From Anthoceros angustus (lineage: Eukaryota > Plantae > Anthocerotophyta), in NCBI GenBank assembly GCA_010909165.1, contig MU008150.1, positions 310,001 through 374,000 on the forward strand: DNA of 64,000 nucleotides, in the 5' to 3' direction. This document shows, one piece after another, positions 11,530 through 23,326 of the stretch. Under the pieces are notes generated by a model that saw only the letters and a list, made by a program, of their open reading frames with translations, had not been told where the DNA came from and searched no databases. The first letter of the stretch is position 1, and each line of letters opens with the position of its first letter. The translations under genes and the position numbers were made by a program.

Positions 11530-14460
11530 TGCAACTTTGTCGTGTTTAAGGAACAGCTGTGGGAGTGAGAGACGATGCCGTTCGGGCTCAAGAATGCGTC
11601 CATTTACTTTCAGAGGGTGGTTGACTTGCAGCTGCAAAGGCTGACATTCATGCGATGCTATATCGATGACATCTTGGTGTTCAGCAACAGCCTGGAGGAG
11701 CCTCTTGAACATTTGGAGATTTTGTTGCAAAGACTATCAAGCTTGGGGTTGAAGGCACACCCGAAGAAATGCAAATTTGCTTAAAAGGAAATTGAATACT
11801 TGGGACATAAGATTGTACCGGGAGGAGTACAGCCCTAGGTAGCCAAGGTACAGGCTGTCAACCTTATGCCAAGGCCCAAGGACGTTGTTGCCTTAAGAGC
11901 TTTCCTAGGGCTTGTTAATTATTATCGAAGGTTTTATTAGGAACATGAGCGGTACATGCAGGGTGTTATATGAACTTCTTAAGAAGGGCATTCATTGGCA
12001 TTGGGAACAGGAGCATGAGCAGGCGTGGAATGACTTGAAGGAGCAACTGGCAGAAAGGCCTATGCTCACAAGGCCCAACTTCGAGAAACCATTCATATTA
12101 TATACGGACTGGAGTGCAACGGGCATAGGTGCTATGCATGCTCAAACAGACCCATGCGGTGAGGAACGAGTAGTGGCATACGCAAGCAGATCTAACAATT
12201 CAGCTAAAGCAAACTACTCATCTTATGAAGTTGAATGTTTGGCTGCAGCGTGGGCCGTCTTACATTTTCGTGTATACTTATTCGGGATTTTTTGGTGGGG
12301 ATCATCATAGCATTGCACTGGTTGATGACAAACATGAACTAGTTGAGCGGGAAGCCTGCTAGGTGGGCATTATTACTTTGAATATGATATGACAGATGCA
12401 CAAGGTGCAAGGTGCATCATAATGCTTGATTAGAGGGAACCCGATCATGAGTGAGATAGATGCCACTGGGGCACGGCTAGTCTTTGGAATAGTGAAATCT
12501 ATGCCCAACGTGTTCATGGCGCTCATGGCCACAACGCGAGAAGCTGGTGGGTGGCTTGATGACGCTGTCCAAGACATTTGGAAACATGATCGAGCTGTAC
12601 AATTGTTAGAAACCGGAAGGGTGGATGGTTTGAATGACGCCGCAACTCAAAGGTTGCAAAGTAGAGTAGCGAGATACACTTGGAAAGATGGCAAGATGTT
12701 CATTGATGATCATGGCGTGATGAAAGAGGTGCCACCTGTTAACGAGTGAGAGAAAATAGTGACTAAGGTGCATAAAACCCTTGGACACTTTGGGGTGAAA
12801 AGAACATGCCATATGTTAAGAAATTTTATTTACAGTGGGGCATGAGTTCATGCTCAAACAGACCCATGCGGTGAGGAACGAGTAGTGGCATCATAACGCA
12901 GATCTAACAATTCAGCTAAAGCAAACTACTCATCTTATGAAGTTGAATGTTTGCGTGTCCTTACATTTTCGTGTATACTTATTCGGGCGTAGTTTAGGAT
13001 CGATCATTAGCATTGCAATCGGGTTGATGACAAACATGAACTAGTTGAGCGGGAAGCCCTAGGTGGGCATTATTACTTTGAATATGATATGCGAGATAGT
13101 GAGTAAGGTGCATCATAATGCCGACCAGTTCGAGGGAACCCGATCATGAGTGAGATAGATGCCACCGGGCACGGCTAGTCTTTGGAATAGTGAAATCTAT
13201 GCCCAACGTGTTCATGGCGCCATGGCCACAACGCGAGAAGGCGGTGGGTGGCTTGATGACGCCCAAGACATTTGGAAACATGATCGAAACAATTTTGTTA
13301 GAAACCGGAAGGGTGGATGGTTTGAATGACGCCGCAACTCAAAGGTTGCAAAGTAGAGTAGCGAGATACACTTGGAAAGATGGCAAGATGTTCATTGATG
13401 ATCATGGCGTGATGAAAGAGGTGCCACTGTTAACGAGTGAGAGAAAATAGTGACTAAGGTGCATAAAACCCTTGGACACTTTGGGGTGAAAAGAACATGC
13501 CATATGTTAAGAAATTTTATTTACAGTGGGGCATGAGTTCATGCTCAAACAGACCCATGCGGTGAGGAACGAGTAGTGGCATCATAACGCAGATCTAACA
13601 ATTCAGCTAAAGCAAACTACTCATCTTATGAAGTTGAATGTTTGGCTGCAGCGTGGGCCGTCTTACATTTTCGTGTATACTTATTCGGGCGTAGTTTTCA
13701 GTTGGTGACTGATCATTAGCGATTGCACTGGTTGATGACAAACATGAACTAGTTGAGCGGGAAGCCTGCTAGGTGGGCATTATTACTTTCGGAATATGAT
13801 ATGCAGATAGTGCACAGGGCAGGTAAGGTGCATCATAATGCCGACGGATTCAGTAGGAACCCGATCATGAGTGAGATAGATGCCACTGGGGCACGGCTAG
13901 TCTTTGGAATAGTGAAATCTATGCCCAACGTGTTCATGGCGCTCATGGCCACAACGCGAGAAGGCGGTGGGTGGCTTGATGACGCCCAAGACATTTGGAA
14001 ACATGATCGAAACAATTTTGTTAGAAACCGGAAGGGTGGATGGTTTGAATGACGCCGCAACTCAAAGGTTGCAAAGTAGAGTAGCGAGATACACTTGGAA
14101 AGATGGCAAGATGTTCATTGATGATCATGGCGTGATGAAAGAGGTGCCACCTGTTAACGAGTGAGAGAAAATAGTGACTAAGGTGCATAAAACCCTTGGA
14201 CACTTTGGGGTGAAAAGAACATGCCATATGTTAAGAAACAGCTATTTCTGGTCAGGCATGAGTTCACACGTTCAGCGAGTGGTGGCCAAATGTGCCACTT
14301 GTGATGCTGTTAAAGCAAGGTTCAATAGTCAAGATGTGGTGCTGCACTCGCTACCCATCATAGGCCTCTTCTTTAGGTGGACTTGATGTCAGAGCTGCCA
14401 GTGACGAGGCAAGGCAACAAACATTGTATGTTGATGATCGAGCACTTCTCGAAGACCCAT
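11530..14460 (+). mobile_element. Ty3/Gypsy pol pseudogene (RT-RNase H-integrase N-terminus) with an internal ~695 bp triplication
   Basis: MPFGLKNA, YIDDILVFS, FILYTDWS, VAYASRSNN, KPARWALLLSEYD, HFGVKRT..W..CATCD (HHCC) and IEHFSK, with stops and frameshifts. Repeat units at about 12140-12845, 12846-13535 and 13536-14240. Confidence 0.95.
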
Positions 14461-15114
14461 TCCATGCGGTGATTTCCTGCCTCAAAATTTTATTTGATGC
14501 GTAACCAGACTATGATGTGACATTAGAGAAAGCGATGCTAGTAGGGCAGCGTCTTGGGTGAATAGGGAGTGACAAGGCCGGTGCACAGTAGGAGGGACGT
14601 GTTTGGAGAGCCAGATCCGCGTGCTGTAGCACAAAGAAGGGCGAGTGTACTGTCACCAGCAAGTAACAAACATGCGTTGAGTGTGGACAATGAAAACAAC
14701 GCAAGGGAGTGGAAGAGGCGGATGGCAGTGGGAGGATAGGACTGCAGCAACCAACAGCAGCCATGGTCAAGGCAGGGGCAAAAAGGCGCGTAATGGACAT
14801 GAGGCAGTTGTCTAGGGGAAGAGAGAAGGAGGGAGGACTTGGAGCCAAACAACCCCACGCCAGCGCATAGCAAACATGGGTCCGCGTAGCACAAACTCGT
14901 AGGCACAAAAGGCACTGAGTGCTCAAGTATCGTGGACATGTACAAAGTATGTACGTTATCCGTGTGACGTATATGCTTATTTTATACAAAATAGAATATG
15001 ACTCTATGTCAGAGGAAATTACCATATAGTATATGTCACCATGAACAATACGTATATTTTATGTATATGTGTATTCATACGAGTATCAATGGGAACTACT
15101 AAGTAAAACTTTGC

Positions 15115-18100
15115 ATGATTTATTGAGGTGAAAGAACGATGGAAAGAGACCATCTAGGAGGGGACAACAAATGGGGACCCGGGGGTCAGAGTGAAGAGGA
15201 GCAACTGAGCTCCCTACCTAAAGTGACCAATCGCACTCACAATGTCATATGTAGAATAAACGGCCCGCAAACCACGGAGGAAGAGGAAAAGGCATCACCC
15301 ACCGCCGCCTTATGGAGAATCGCCGCTGAGAGCGCCTGAAGAGCAATAGAAACCCGCCGGAAGTATGCCGTGAAGTACGAGAGGGACAAGACTATGCCCG
15401 CACAAGATGGTAAGCTTTGGCACAAGACTTGATGAATTTGTCAAAGTCCTCGCCATTGCCCCATACGCTTTAGAGCAAGCGGATAAAGAGGTGGCCCGCT
15501 TGCATCCCGCTATACTTATGGACCTTGAGAGCCAGACGGCAAAGCAGCCATGACCGCTGGTGATGACTGCGAGGTGGCGCCACGCGTGGTCAGAACCACT
15601 ACATCCGCCACCACAACCGTCGCCACGACAAGGTATAAGTCCGCCCGATTGAACGACCGTAAGAAGAGTATACCCGCCCCTCCGCCATATAGCCACTTTC
15701 GCGAGCAATGGCAAACATGACGCCACGGATGGCGCCATGAGTGGCAATGCGATGACTGGGGACAACGAGCAAGGTGGACACCGAGACGCCAAGGTGAAGA
15801 GCCGCACTCACAAGTGAGGAGCGAAGAAGCCACAGCCGGAGTAGGCCGAGACGGAATCGCATCGCAGAGTGAAGGTGGTTGGTGCGATGTGAAATCCTGA
15901 TGCATGGGCGGGGCCAAGAGCCAAGCACCGCCTCCTTCCTGCAACAAGAGCGAGCCGCGCCTAGTGGACCTCGAGATGGAGGGGTCCCGGAGGATGATCA
16001 AAAGCTCGGCCGAGCCGCTCGAGCAGTAGATGCCTCGCAATCCCTAAAGCCATGTTGATAAATGTAGAGAAAGGAGGGAAGTCCTTCCGAGCATCCGCCG
16101 ATAACATGTCTCCGGCCCGCCTCAAGGACGATTGAGAGAGAAGGTTCCTCCTCCACACTTGATACGAGATCCTCGAGAAAGGGCTTGTCATGGAGGATGA
16201 AACGGAAGCCAAGGCAGAGAGGGCCCAACTCCCAAGAAAGCCGCCGGAAGAGACCTCCGATGAGAGCCCCACGCCCAAATTGCACAGCAGGATGCTTGCT
16301 GGCCAGTCGCCCTGTGGCACTCAAAAGCCCCGAGCCCAAGATGTCCCCAAGAGTATCCATAATCTTCAGATCAAACCCCGAGCCGGACAAAAGGACCGAG
16401 ACGAGGCACAGACGGATGAGGTACCTGTGGCGCCTAGCAAATGTAAGGAAAGGATTCCAAAGGCCACCCGAGCATCCTCCAAAGAAAGGGAGGTCTCAAT
16501 ATGGGAGAGGTCCTCTGCAAGGGCCTTGTCCAGAAGCTCCCAATGAAGTCTGGGAACCAAAGGGGACCCCAAGAACTGCATCAAGAGCCGAGCAATCTCC
16601 CCAGGAAACCGCAGTAGTGATCCCCGACGGGGACCGAGACGCTGCACTTGGACATCTTGACCTTCAAGCCCACCAACGAAAGCTCTAAGAGAATATCTCA
16701 AAGGCCTCCTTGACTTTGTCCCTGTGCCCGAGGATGTGAGAATCGCCCCGCCAACGAAGGGAAGACACAGCCGCTGCTGGAGAGGGCGGCCCCAGTGGCC
16801 CTATAGTGAGCAATAGCGAAGAGAGCACCGCCTAGCGGTCGCCTTGCCCGGTACCGGGCCGATTCCAAGACGGAGACGGCGAAACTCAAGAGACGTTTCA
16901 GGTAGTAGAGGTTGGAGGACCTCCGTAGAAGCACCGGACAAAGGGTATAAGACTCTAGAGACGCCGCCAAGATCCCTAAGCTCCTCAAAGATGACGCCCG
17001 AAATGGTATTGAAGGCGCTCGACATCCACCGTAAGACTACCCAATCCGGGTGGGTATCAAGGCAAGCCACCCCTAGCACCATGCACTGCAGCCTGAGTGG
17101 CAATGCCAAATTGAAGGGGTTGAAGTGCCGCCGGAGAAGGGAGCGCAGATAGAGATAGTGCGGCCGAGTAGCCGCATGAAGGCCTCCCAACCGCGAGTGG
17201 GCGACGCCTGAGTAAAGTGCTTGTCCATAGCGAAGCCTACTAGCCGCAAGAACAAAATCCGGTGAGGCATCTCTCCACGAGCCACCGCAGCAGCCTGAGA
17301 AAAGAGCTCGGAAAGCCGCTAGATGGATCTGGGGAGAAAGAGGTCCCTAAGGTGTTCGAACACCATTCCCGACAAACCGCATGAAAGACGAGGGTTGTGG
17401 AGAGAGCTGAGCAAAAGCCGCCTGTCCAGGAGAAGGGATCCTCGGGACATAGTCGGATATGTCCGGGAATGGCATCCTTAGGTGGCGGATGGAGGGCACG
17501 GAGGGCAATTGTCTCTTCTCAAGCGGAGGCCAAAGGGGACGGGTCAAGAGCCCTAGCAGGCATATTCACCACCGCCAAGCAACTTGCCCAGAGGTTTGTT
17601 GCATTACCCAGACTAACCGCCGAGCGTGATTCCGCCCGGACTTGGCAAGACGCAGACGCCTCCTCCTCAAGAGCCACCGCCAACCACCAAACGCCAAGAC
17701 GGCTAGCAACTTCACTTGCCTGAAGCTCCTAGTGCAATCAAGACACCATCGGGGAGAAGAAGGAGGAGACCAAGCTAACTCATCCCGGATCGAGTGCAAG
17801 GCGATCTAGGGAAGACGAAATGCCGACGGCATCATCGTGAAGGTGCCGAGGTCAAGGCGCGACATGGAAAGCGGGTTTCAACATCCCAAGGATGTGATCC
17901 ACCGACCGCAACCATTCCTGTGAAGAAAGAGGCACCACAAGGAGAAAGCTACCGCAAAGCCGGGCACGTGGAGGAGGTCGCAAGGCACTTGGGCAGCCTG
18001 TAGTCCGGTCGAAATCTTTATGCATGTGCCCGAGGTGAGTTTTCACCCCTTGACGCCGCAGAGTTGAGCATGATCGACAAGGAGTGTCCTCGACAACACG

Positions 18101-18330
18101 GAGGGTGTGGATCGCCCATTGGATGGGGGACGAAAAGGGCCCGCAAGCTTGAAGGTGACAGGTCAAGAGGTACCGGGACCGAGGGCAAATGACCCCACTG
18201 ACCGGACATACAGAGTTTGAGTCTGCATGGCGAACCCCAAAAGGCCGCCAAAGGGCCCCACCAAGAGGGGTGCAACCCATGTGACCACCGCCAACCACCA
18301 AACTAACGCCCACACTTGTAACTCAGCACC
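15115..18330 (-). mobile_element. CRE-clade non-LTR retrotransposon, copy 2, near full length but heavily decayed
   Basis: C2H2 remnant (CRSCSTLRRQGVKTHLGHMHKDF), RT remnant (CLDTHPDWVVL..AFNTISG..IFEELR), CECG..LGVHLARC / RIATHGAIRGVMF zinc knuckle, RLE core RADLYLVVATVVVADVVV, C-terminal RRVSIALQ, and a 3' hairpin plus AATAAA at 15119-15155. Confidence 0.85.
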
Positions 18331-18479
18331 CAAAAGCCGGGCAAGTGTGAGATCCCCTATAATGGAAGAAGCCCAACCGAAAAGCGTATAAGAGAATCAG
18401 ATGAAAATGGTATAAAATAAGCATATACGTCACATGGATAACGTACATACTTTGTACACGTCCACGATATGTTTACTTG

Positions 18480-20270
18480 CCTCGCCACGGAGTGGCAAGA
18501 AGCGGAGGAGGCGGAGGAGGCGGAAAGGGACCCAAGGAGCGGAGGCCACGGGCAACAGCCCCCACCCGAGCTCTGCCCCAACCGGGAGAGGCAAAGGGCT
18601 AGCCTGACCCTTCACCACCTCCGAGCCCTAGGAGGAGAAGAGCGGAGAAGGAGTTTGCGGCCAAGAGGGCCAAGGAAGGCGAGGCTCCGGACCACAGCAC
18701 TCAAGACCTAAGGGTCCTGATTAGGTCCGGAGAGCCCAGCCTGCACTGCCTCCCGACTGCAGAGATGGCGGTCCTGACCTCAGAGATGCCCGCGCCCACA
18801 ATGGACTTCGGCATCTCCTGCGGCCGTGGAAGAAACGAGTTCTAGCTACCGGGCCATGGACGGTATGCTTTGGGGTCTCGGAATGAGAAGACCCAAGAAG
18901 TGGAGGCCACCCGGCGGAGGATGGTGGAGCTTCAAGGGCAGGTAGAGGCGGCCCAGGAGGCGAACAAGAAGGCGGAGTCCCTCGCCCGAATCGAGGAGGG
19001 AAAACGCGGGGAGGCGAAGCGGGAGGTCCGGACGGTCAAGAAGACCGACCAAGACCCTTCACTGCTTCAAGGGCGGCGCAGGAGGCCCAAGCACGGGCTG
19101 AAGACCTCTGCAAACGAAGGGAGGGGGCGAAGAAGGAGGCGGAGGAGGCGGAGAACGCGCGACTGCCGAGGCGGCTCGGCTAGACCAACACCAAGCCAAC
19201 GAGGCTCAGGTGAAGGCGGCGCGGGAGGCGGAAGCCGCGGCTAAGGTCGACCGGGATCACTACCGACGTGATCGGAACCGGTGGAGGGAGACGGCGGGGG
19301 TAGCCGCGGCTAACCTGAAGGCCGAACAGGTGGCAGCGGAGCAAGCACGGGCGAGCCGTGAAGAAGAAATGGAGGCCAGCACCCGGGAAATAGGGGACCT
19401 CAGGGTGCAGCTGCAGGAAGCAGAGGAGCGGCGACAGGAGCTGGAAGGCAGCAAGGACACCCTGGAGCTGCAACTCCAAGACGCGTCGGAGCAACACGGG
19501 ATTCTCAACGGGAGAATCCAAGACTTCGAGCAGGAGATAGAGCGTCTCCAGCTTCGCTTGAAGACGGAAGAGAATAGGCGGCGATCTAAGGAGTTGGACG
19601 TCGCCAGCCGGAAGGAGCCGGAGGAAGCTGTGAGCGGAGATACCGCCCGCCTGGAGAAGGAAGTGGCGGATCTCCGTGTAAGGATGAATGGAGGGACGAG
19701 CCTGGAGGAGGAGCAGATAAGTCCGCTGATTGCGGGAGGGGGAGCGAAGCTCCATGGCCAGCAAACTGGTGGAGCTTCAACGACGAAGGGAGGAGGAGGA
19801 GGAGGCCACAGGAGGCCCAAGCAGGCTGCAGGAGGTGTCGGAGGCCGCCTTGGCGGCTCGGGAGTCTGCCCGCCGCTTGGAGCTCGGCGGAGACGATCCA
19901 AAGAAGCGACAACACGCCCAACCGCCGAGCACCTATGGAGGAGGGAGTACCGTGCCCGGCCCATGTGGAGGAGGCACCAACAAGTCGATTCATTTTGCCT
20001 ACTACCACGCTGGAGCTTCTCAAGGCACTGAGGTTACGCCCCCGGGCAGTGGACTTCCCGTGACGGGTCAAGGAGGAGCGAGGGAGGAAGGCCCCGGAGA
20101 CAACACGGCCACGAGGACCTTAGGAGCGCTGTTTGACAACGACAGCAGGGCGGGAGGCGAGGAGGAGCAGACGTGGGGCAAGGTACTGAGGTAAGCACTC
20201 CGCACCTCACCACGGAAGGAGGGGAGGAGGGCCCTGGGGAGGCCGTAGAAGGGGCGCAACCGGGAAACCT
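18480..20270 (+). pseudogene. Decayed coiled-coil ORF, probably a transposon accessory protein; homologous fragment at 56200-56790
   Basis: Frameshifted E/R/A-rich heptad ORF (19210-20031 plus neighbours). It shares VPGPCGGG..FAYYHA and the donor-like GAG/GTAAGCACTCCGCACCTCAC with 56390-56650. Confidence 0.55.
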
Positions 20271-20329
20271 AGAACCACGAGAGGGCTCAGTGGGTGAGCC
20301 ATTGATAAGTCCACGGGGCGAGCCTGTGC

Positions 20330-20600
20330 CATGAGTCCGGACTTTGTCCGGACTCCTGAAGAAAGGCCGGACCCCGAGGTCCGGCCTCCTAAAGAAAGTC
20401 TGGACTCAGAGGTCCAGACTCTAGTGACAAGACCGGACCCTGAGGTCCGGACTGGGGCCGGGCCCAAGACCGGACCCCAGAGGCAAGTCCGGACCCCGAG
20501 GTCCGGACAAAGAAGACTGACCCAAGTCCGGACCCCGAGAGAAGACCGACCTAGAGGTCCGGACTCGAGTCGAGATCGACCCCGAGGTCCGGACTCGAGG
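20330..20600 (+). repeat. Degenerate array of GTCCGGAC/CCGGACCCCGAG motifs
   Basis: More than 10 recurrences of gtccgga(c); further copies at 21160-21250. Confidence 0.85.
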
Positions 20601-20631
20601 CGGAAGGGAGCCACCAATCACCAACCCCGGC

Positions 20632-21480
20632 TGTAACCATCTCTTGAGGCCACACAGACGAGAGATAAGAGAGGATGGGGAGGAGGATTTAGTGGTGATC
20701 GCTGTTGTCGCCGCCACGGTAGCGCACCGACAGAGTCTCGGGAGAGGTAGGGGCTACCCGCGGATCATCCGATTGTGCAGCTGTCGTGGCTAGGCTTGGG
20801 CCGCCAAGGCGGAATCAGGGGCAACCCAGCCCACCACCGACGGCGTAGATAGGTGGAATAAGGGGAAATAGTAGGCGACCGATTAGTGACCAATCAGTAA
20901 TAGGTGGAATAAAGACGCCGACCTTGGGCGTAGTATAAGAGGGCTGAGGTTGCTCTAGTAAAGTATCTTTCTCTTGGTGTTGATGCCGCGTTTCCTTGCA
21001 GGCCCTTGTGCGCCTTCTAGCTAACGTGAGTCCTGAGTCACTGAGCAGGCCGACAGCCCCGGGGAGACTGATCAAGGTCCTCGTGACGGACCCTAACATG
21101 TGGTGGTGTGTGCAGGAAAGAGCGATCAAGGACCCTTGCTCGTCCGGCCCAGCCGGCCGGACCCAAGTCCGGACTGAACGTAGGAGGGACTCCGGAAGGG
21201 CGTGTAGAGCCCGGACGGAGAAGCCTGGCAGAGCGACGGAGGAGGTCCGGACCGCGCAGCCACCCGCGTTCTTTCTCCAAGGACGATGAGTGTAGTGTGA
21301 ATGGTGAGAGGAACGGACTAGAGGAACGAGTAATAAACTTGAGTGATACGGACGCAAACGGGTCCTTAAACGTTTGGCCACGCCGGGCCTAATCGGTGAA
21401 CGTTACGGGTAGTCAGTCGTAAAACAATGAATGTGTGTGTTGAGTCTGAAACGGGTACTACGTGAGGTGAGAAACGATTG
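20632..21480 (+). mobile_element. LTR-like segment
   Basis: Starts TGTAACC, with TATA-like gtagtataagaggg at about 20932 and a nearby AATAAA. No partner LTR, PPT or clear PBS, so the call is tentative. Confidence 0.4.
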
Positions 21481-21589
21481 AAACGTGGCCAACGGAGCCT
21501 ATCATTCTCTTGGGAACGGACCCCTTACTACAACGACACGGGATTGTGCGCGCCCGGCTGACCGTCAGCGGAAGTCGCGCCACACCCTC

Positions 21590-21855
21590 CTCCTCCTTAT
21601 AATCTTCCCCTCCTGTCCTTTCGCTTTCCCCCTCCTCCTTCTTCCCTCTCGCCCTCCTCCTCCTCTACCTCAGATCCCTCTCCCCCCTTTTCTCATTGCC
21701 TCTCCCCTTCCTCCTCTCCTCCTCCTCCTCCTACTCCTTCTCCTCCTCTACCTCAGATCCCTCTCCCCCCTTTCCTCCTTGCCTCTCCCCTCCTCCTCTC
21801 CTCCTCTTCCTCCACCTCCTCTCCCCTTCTCGCCTCTCCCTCCTTCTCCTTGCCT
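21590..21855 (+). repeat. Polypyrimidine (CCT/CT-rich) low-complexity tract
   Basis: About 265 bp that is almost entirely C/T. Confidence 0.9.
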
Positions 21856-21859
21856 CAAC

Positions 21860-22318
21860 AGCAGAGTGAGCCTCGGACCCACCTAACTTAGACATAGGTA
21901 AATAATATTATGTTTAGGTCACCTTTAAAGGTGACAGTTAATGGGCATGTTACTGTGATATTCATGTCTGGGCACCATTAACAAATAGTTGTGAAGAGAG
22001 TGCAAAGAAGAGCGCTATGAAAAACAGTAACTAATTGTACTCCCAATGGGGTGTAATAAAGATGGGGGAGAGAGAGAGAGAGGGTCCTTATTCTGATCAT
22101 GTTGCAATTGCATGAGGAATTCATAAACAATGCGTATGAGAGAGGGATGTAAGCAGAGGGTGAAGTGGTAGGAGAGAGCAGTTCGTGTTAAGATTGTAGG
22201 CCCACTTGGGGAAAGAAATGACAAACTCAATACCAAGCCTCCAAATGATGTTGCAAGTTAGAAGTGTAACATAAAATTGCAACAACGACTGTAACATAGG
22301 CTGCCCTTTCTAGTAGGG
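21860..22318 (-). mobile_element. One end of a non-autonomous CMC/CACTA-like element; second copy at 51960-52976
   Basis: Both copies start gcagagtgagcc..cataggt/caaataatattatgtttagg and end tttctagtaggg (minus strand CCCTACTAGAAA), with repeated TGTAACAT / TTGCAAC subterminal motifs. Confidence 0.55.
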
Positions 22319-22689
22319 TTCAACGTCTGCCAATTTCATTTGCGGTGGTCCCTTCCCTTGAGTAACAGTCTCTGTTTCTGTAATTTTGGTTGAGAGCCAC
22401 TCTAAAGTTAAGGTCCTTATAACTCTGGCTGACTCTCTAAGACACATCAACTGTCTGACTAAACGAAGATCCGACTGTCCAACTCTCTGGTTTTTCTCTT
22501 GTACGTTCAACTCCTTTTAGTGGGTCCTCTTGTCTATGTTTTGCAATAGTGACGCCCACGCTTCTTCTTTGTGTGCCTCAATGTCTTTATCTTCTTGTGT
22601 TCGTTTTTGTTTGTTAGACAGTCTGACAGTCTGACTAATGACTCTTTCTGACTCTATAGATGAAATCACTGTTGACTGTAAAGGACTCT

Positions 22690-23170
22690 GGCTCTACAAA
22701 GACTATTTTGTCCAGGTATTTAGCAAGACCAACCTGCAAGTTACTGATATAGCTAGATACTGCAAGCGTAAGTTGTAATAGTTTGCTGGGTTCTACAGTA
22801 GCACGTTGTTTGCGTACATACAACTGCAGTCGCAAGCGCATGCAATTGCATAGTGACATTGTTCACGCTTCTTCATTTGTGGGCTCTGTAATTCTGCATC
22901 TTCTTGTGTCTGCCTCGCTGTTTAACAGTTCTATTACCTTAGTTGAGAGCACGCTAATGACACTATCTGCTGTACAGAAAATAACGCCTTTGTTTGACAG
23001 TGCAATGACTCTGACTCAATAAAGACTGTCTGTCCAGGCTCACACAAGACCAACCTGGAAGTTTCTGATTAAGAGTAAGTTTAGTTTGCTTCTGGTTCTG
23101 CAGTAGAACATAGTCCGCGGAGATAGTGCATGCATGCAACTGCAGGCGCAAGCGCATGCAATTGCTGCAT
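22690..23170 (+). repeat. Diverged ~315 bp direct duplication
   Basis: gtccagg..caagaccaacctg..aagtt and caactgcag(t/g)cgcaagcgcatgcaattgc each occur twice, about 315 bp apart. Confidence 0.65.
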
Positions 23171-23326
23171 GCAGGTAGCAGTGTAGGCGAGAACATTGAC
23201 TACGACCGTTCCCACTTCGAGTCGCATGCCTGTAGCACCTGTAGTTTAGAGCTAATTTCGATTTGTTCACAAGTCGATTCAGTTTTAAGTATATTTTCAT
23301 AACGCCTAAAGTGATCCCCCTTTCAG

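Noticed and set aside
14510-15025. 171-aa minus-strand ORF
   Set aside because: No motif or splice context, and low-complexity composition; probably spurious within TE debris.
21485-21886. Pro/Leu-rich 133-aa ORF
   Set aside because: Translation of the polypyrimidine tract.
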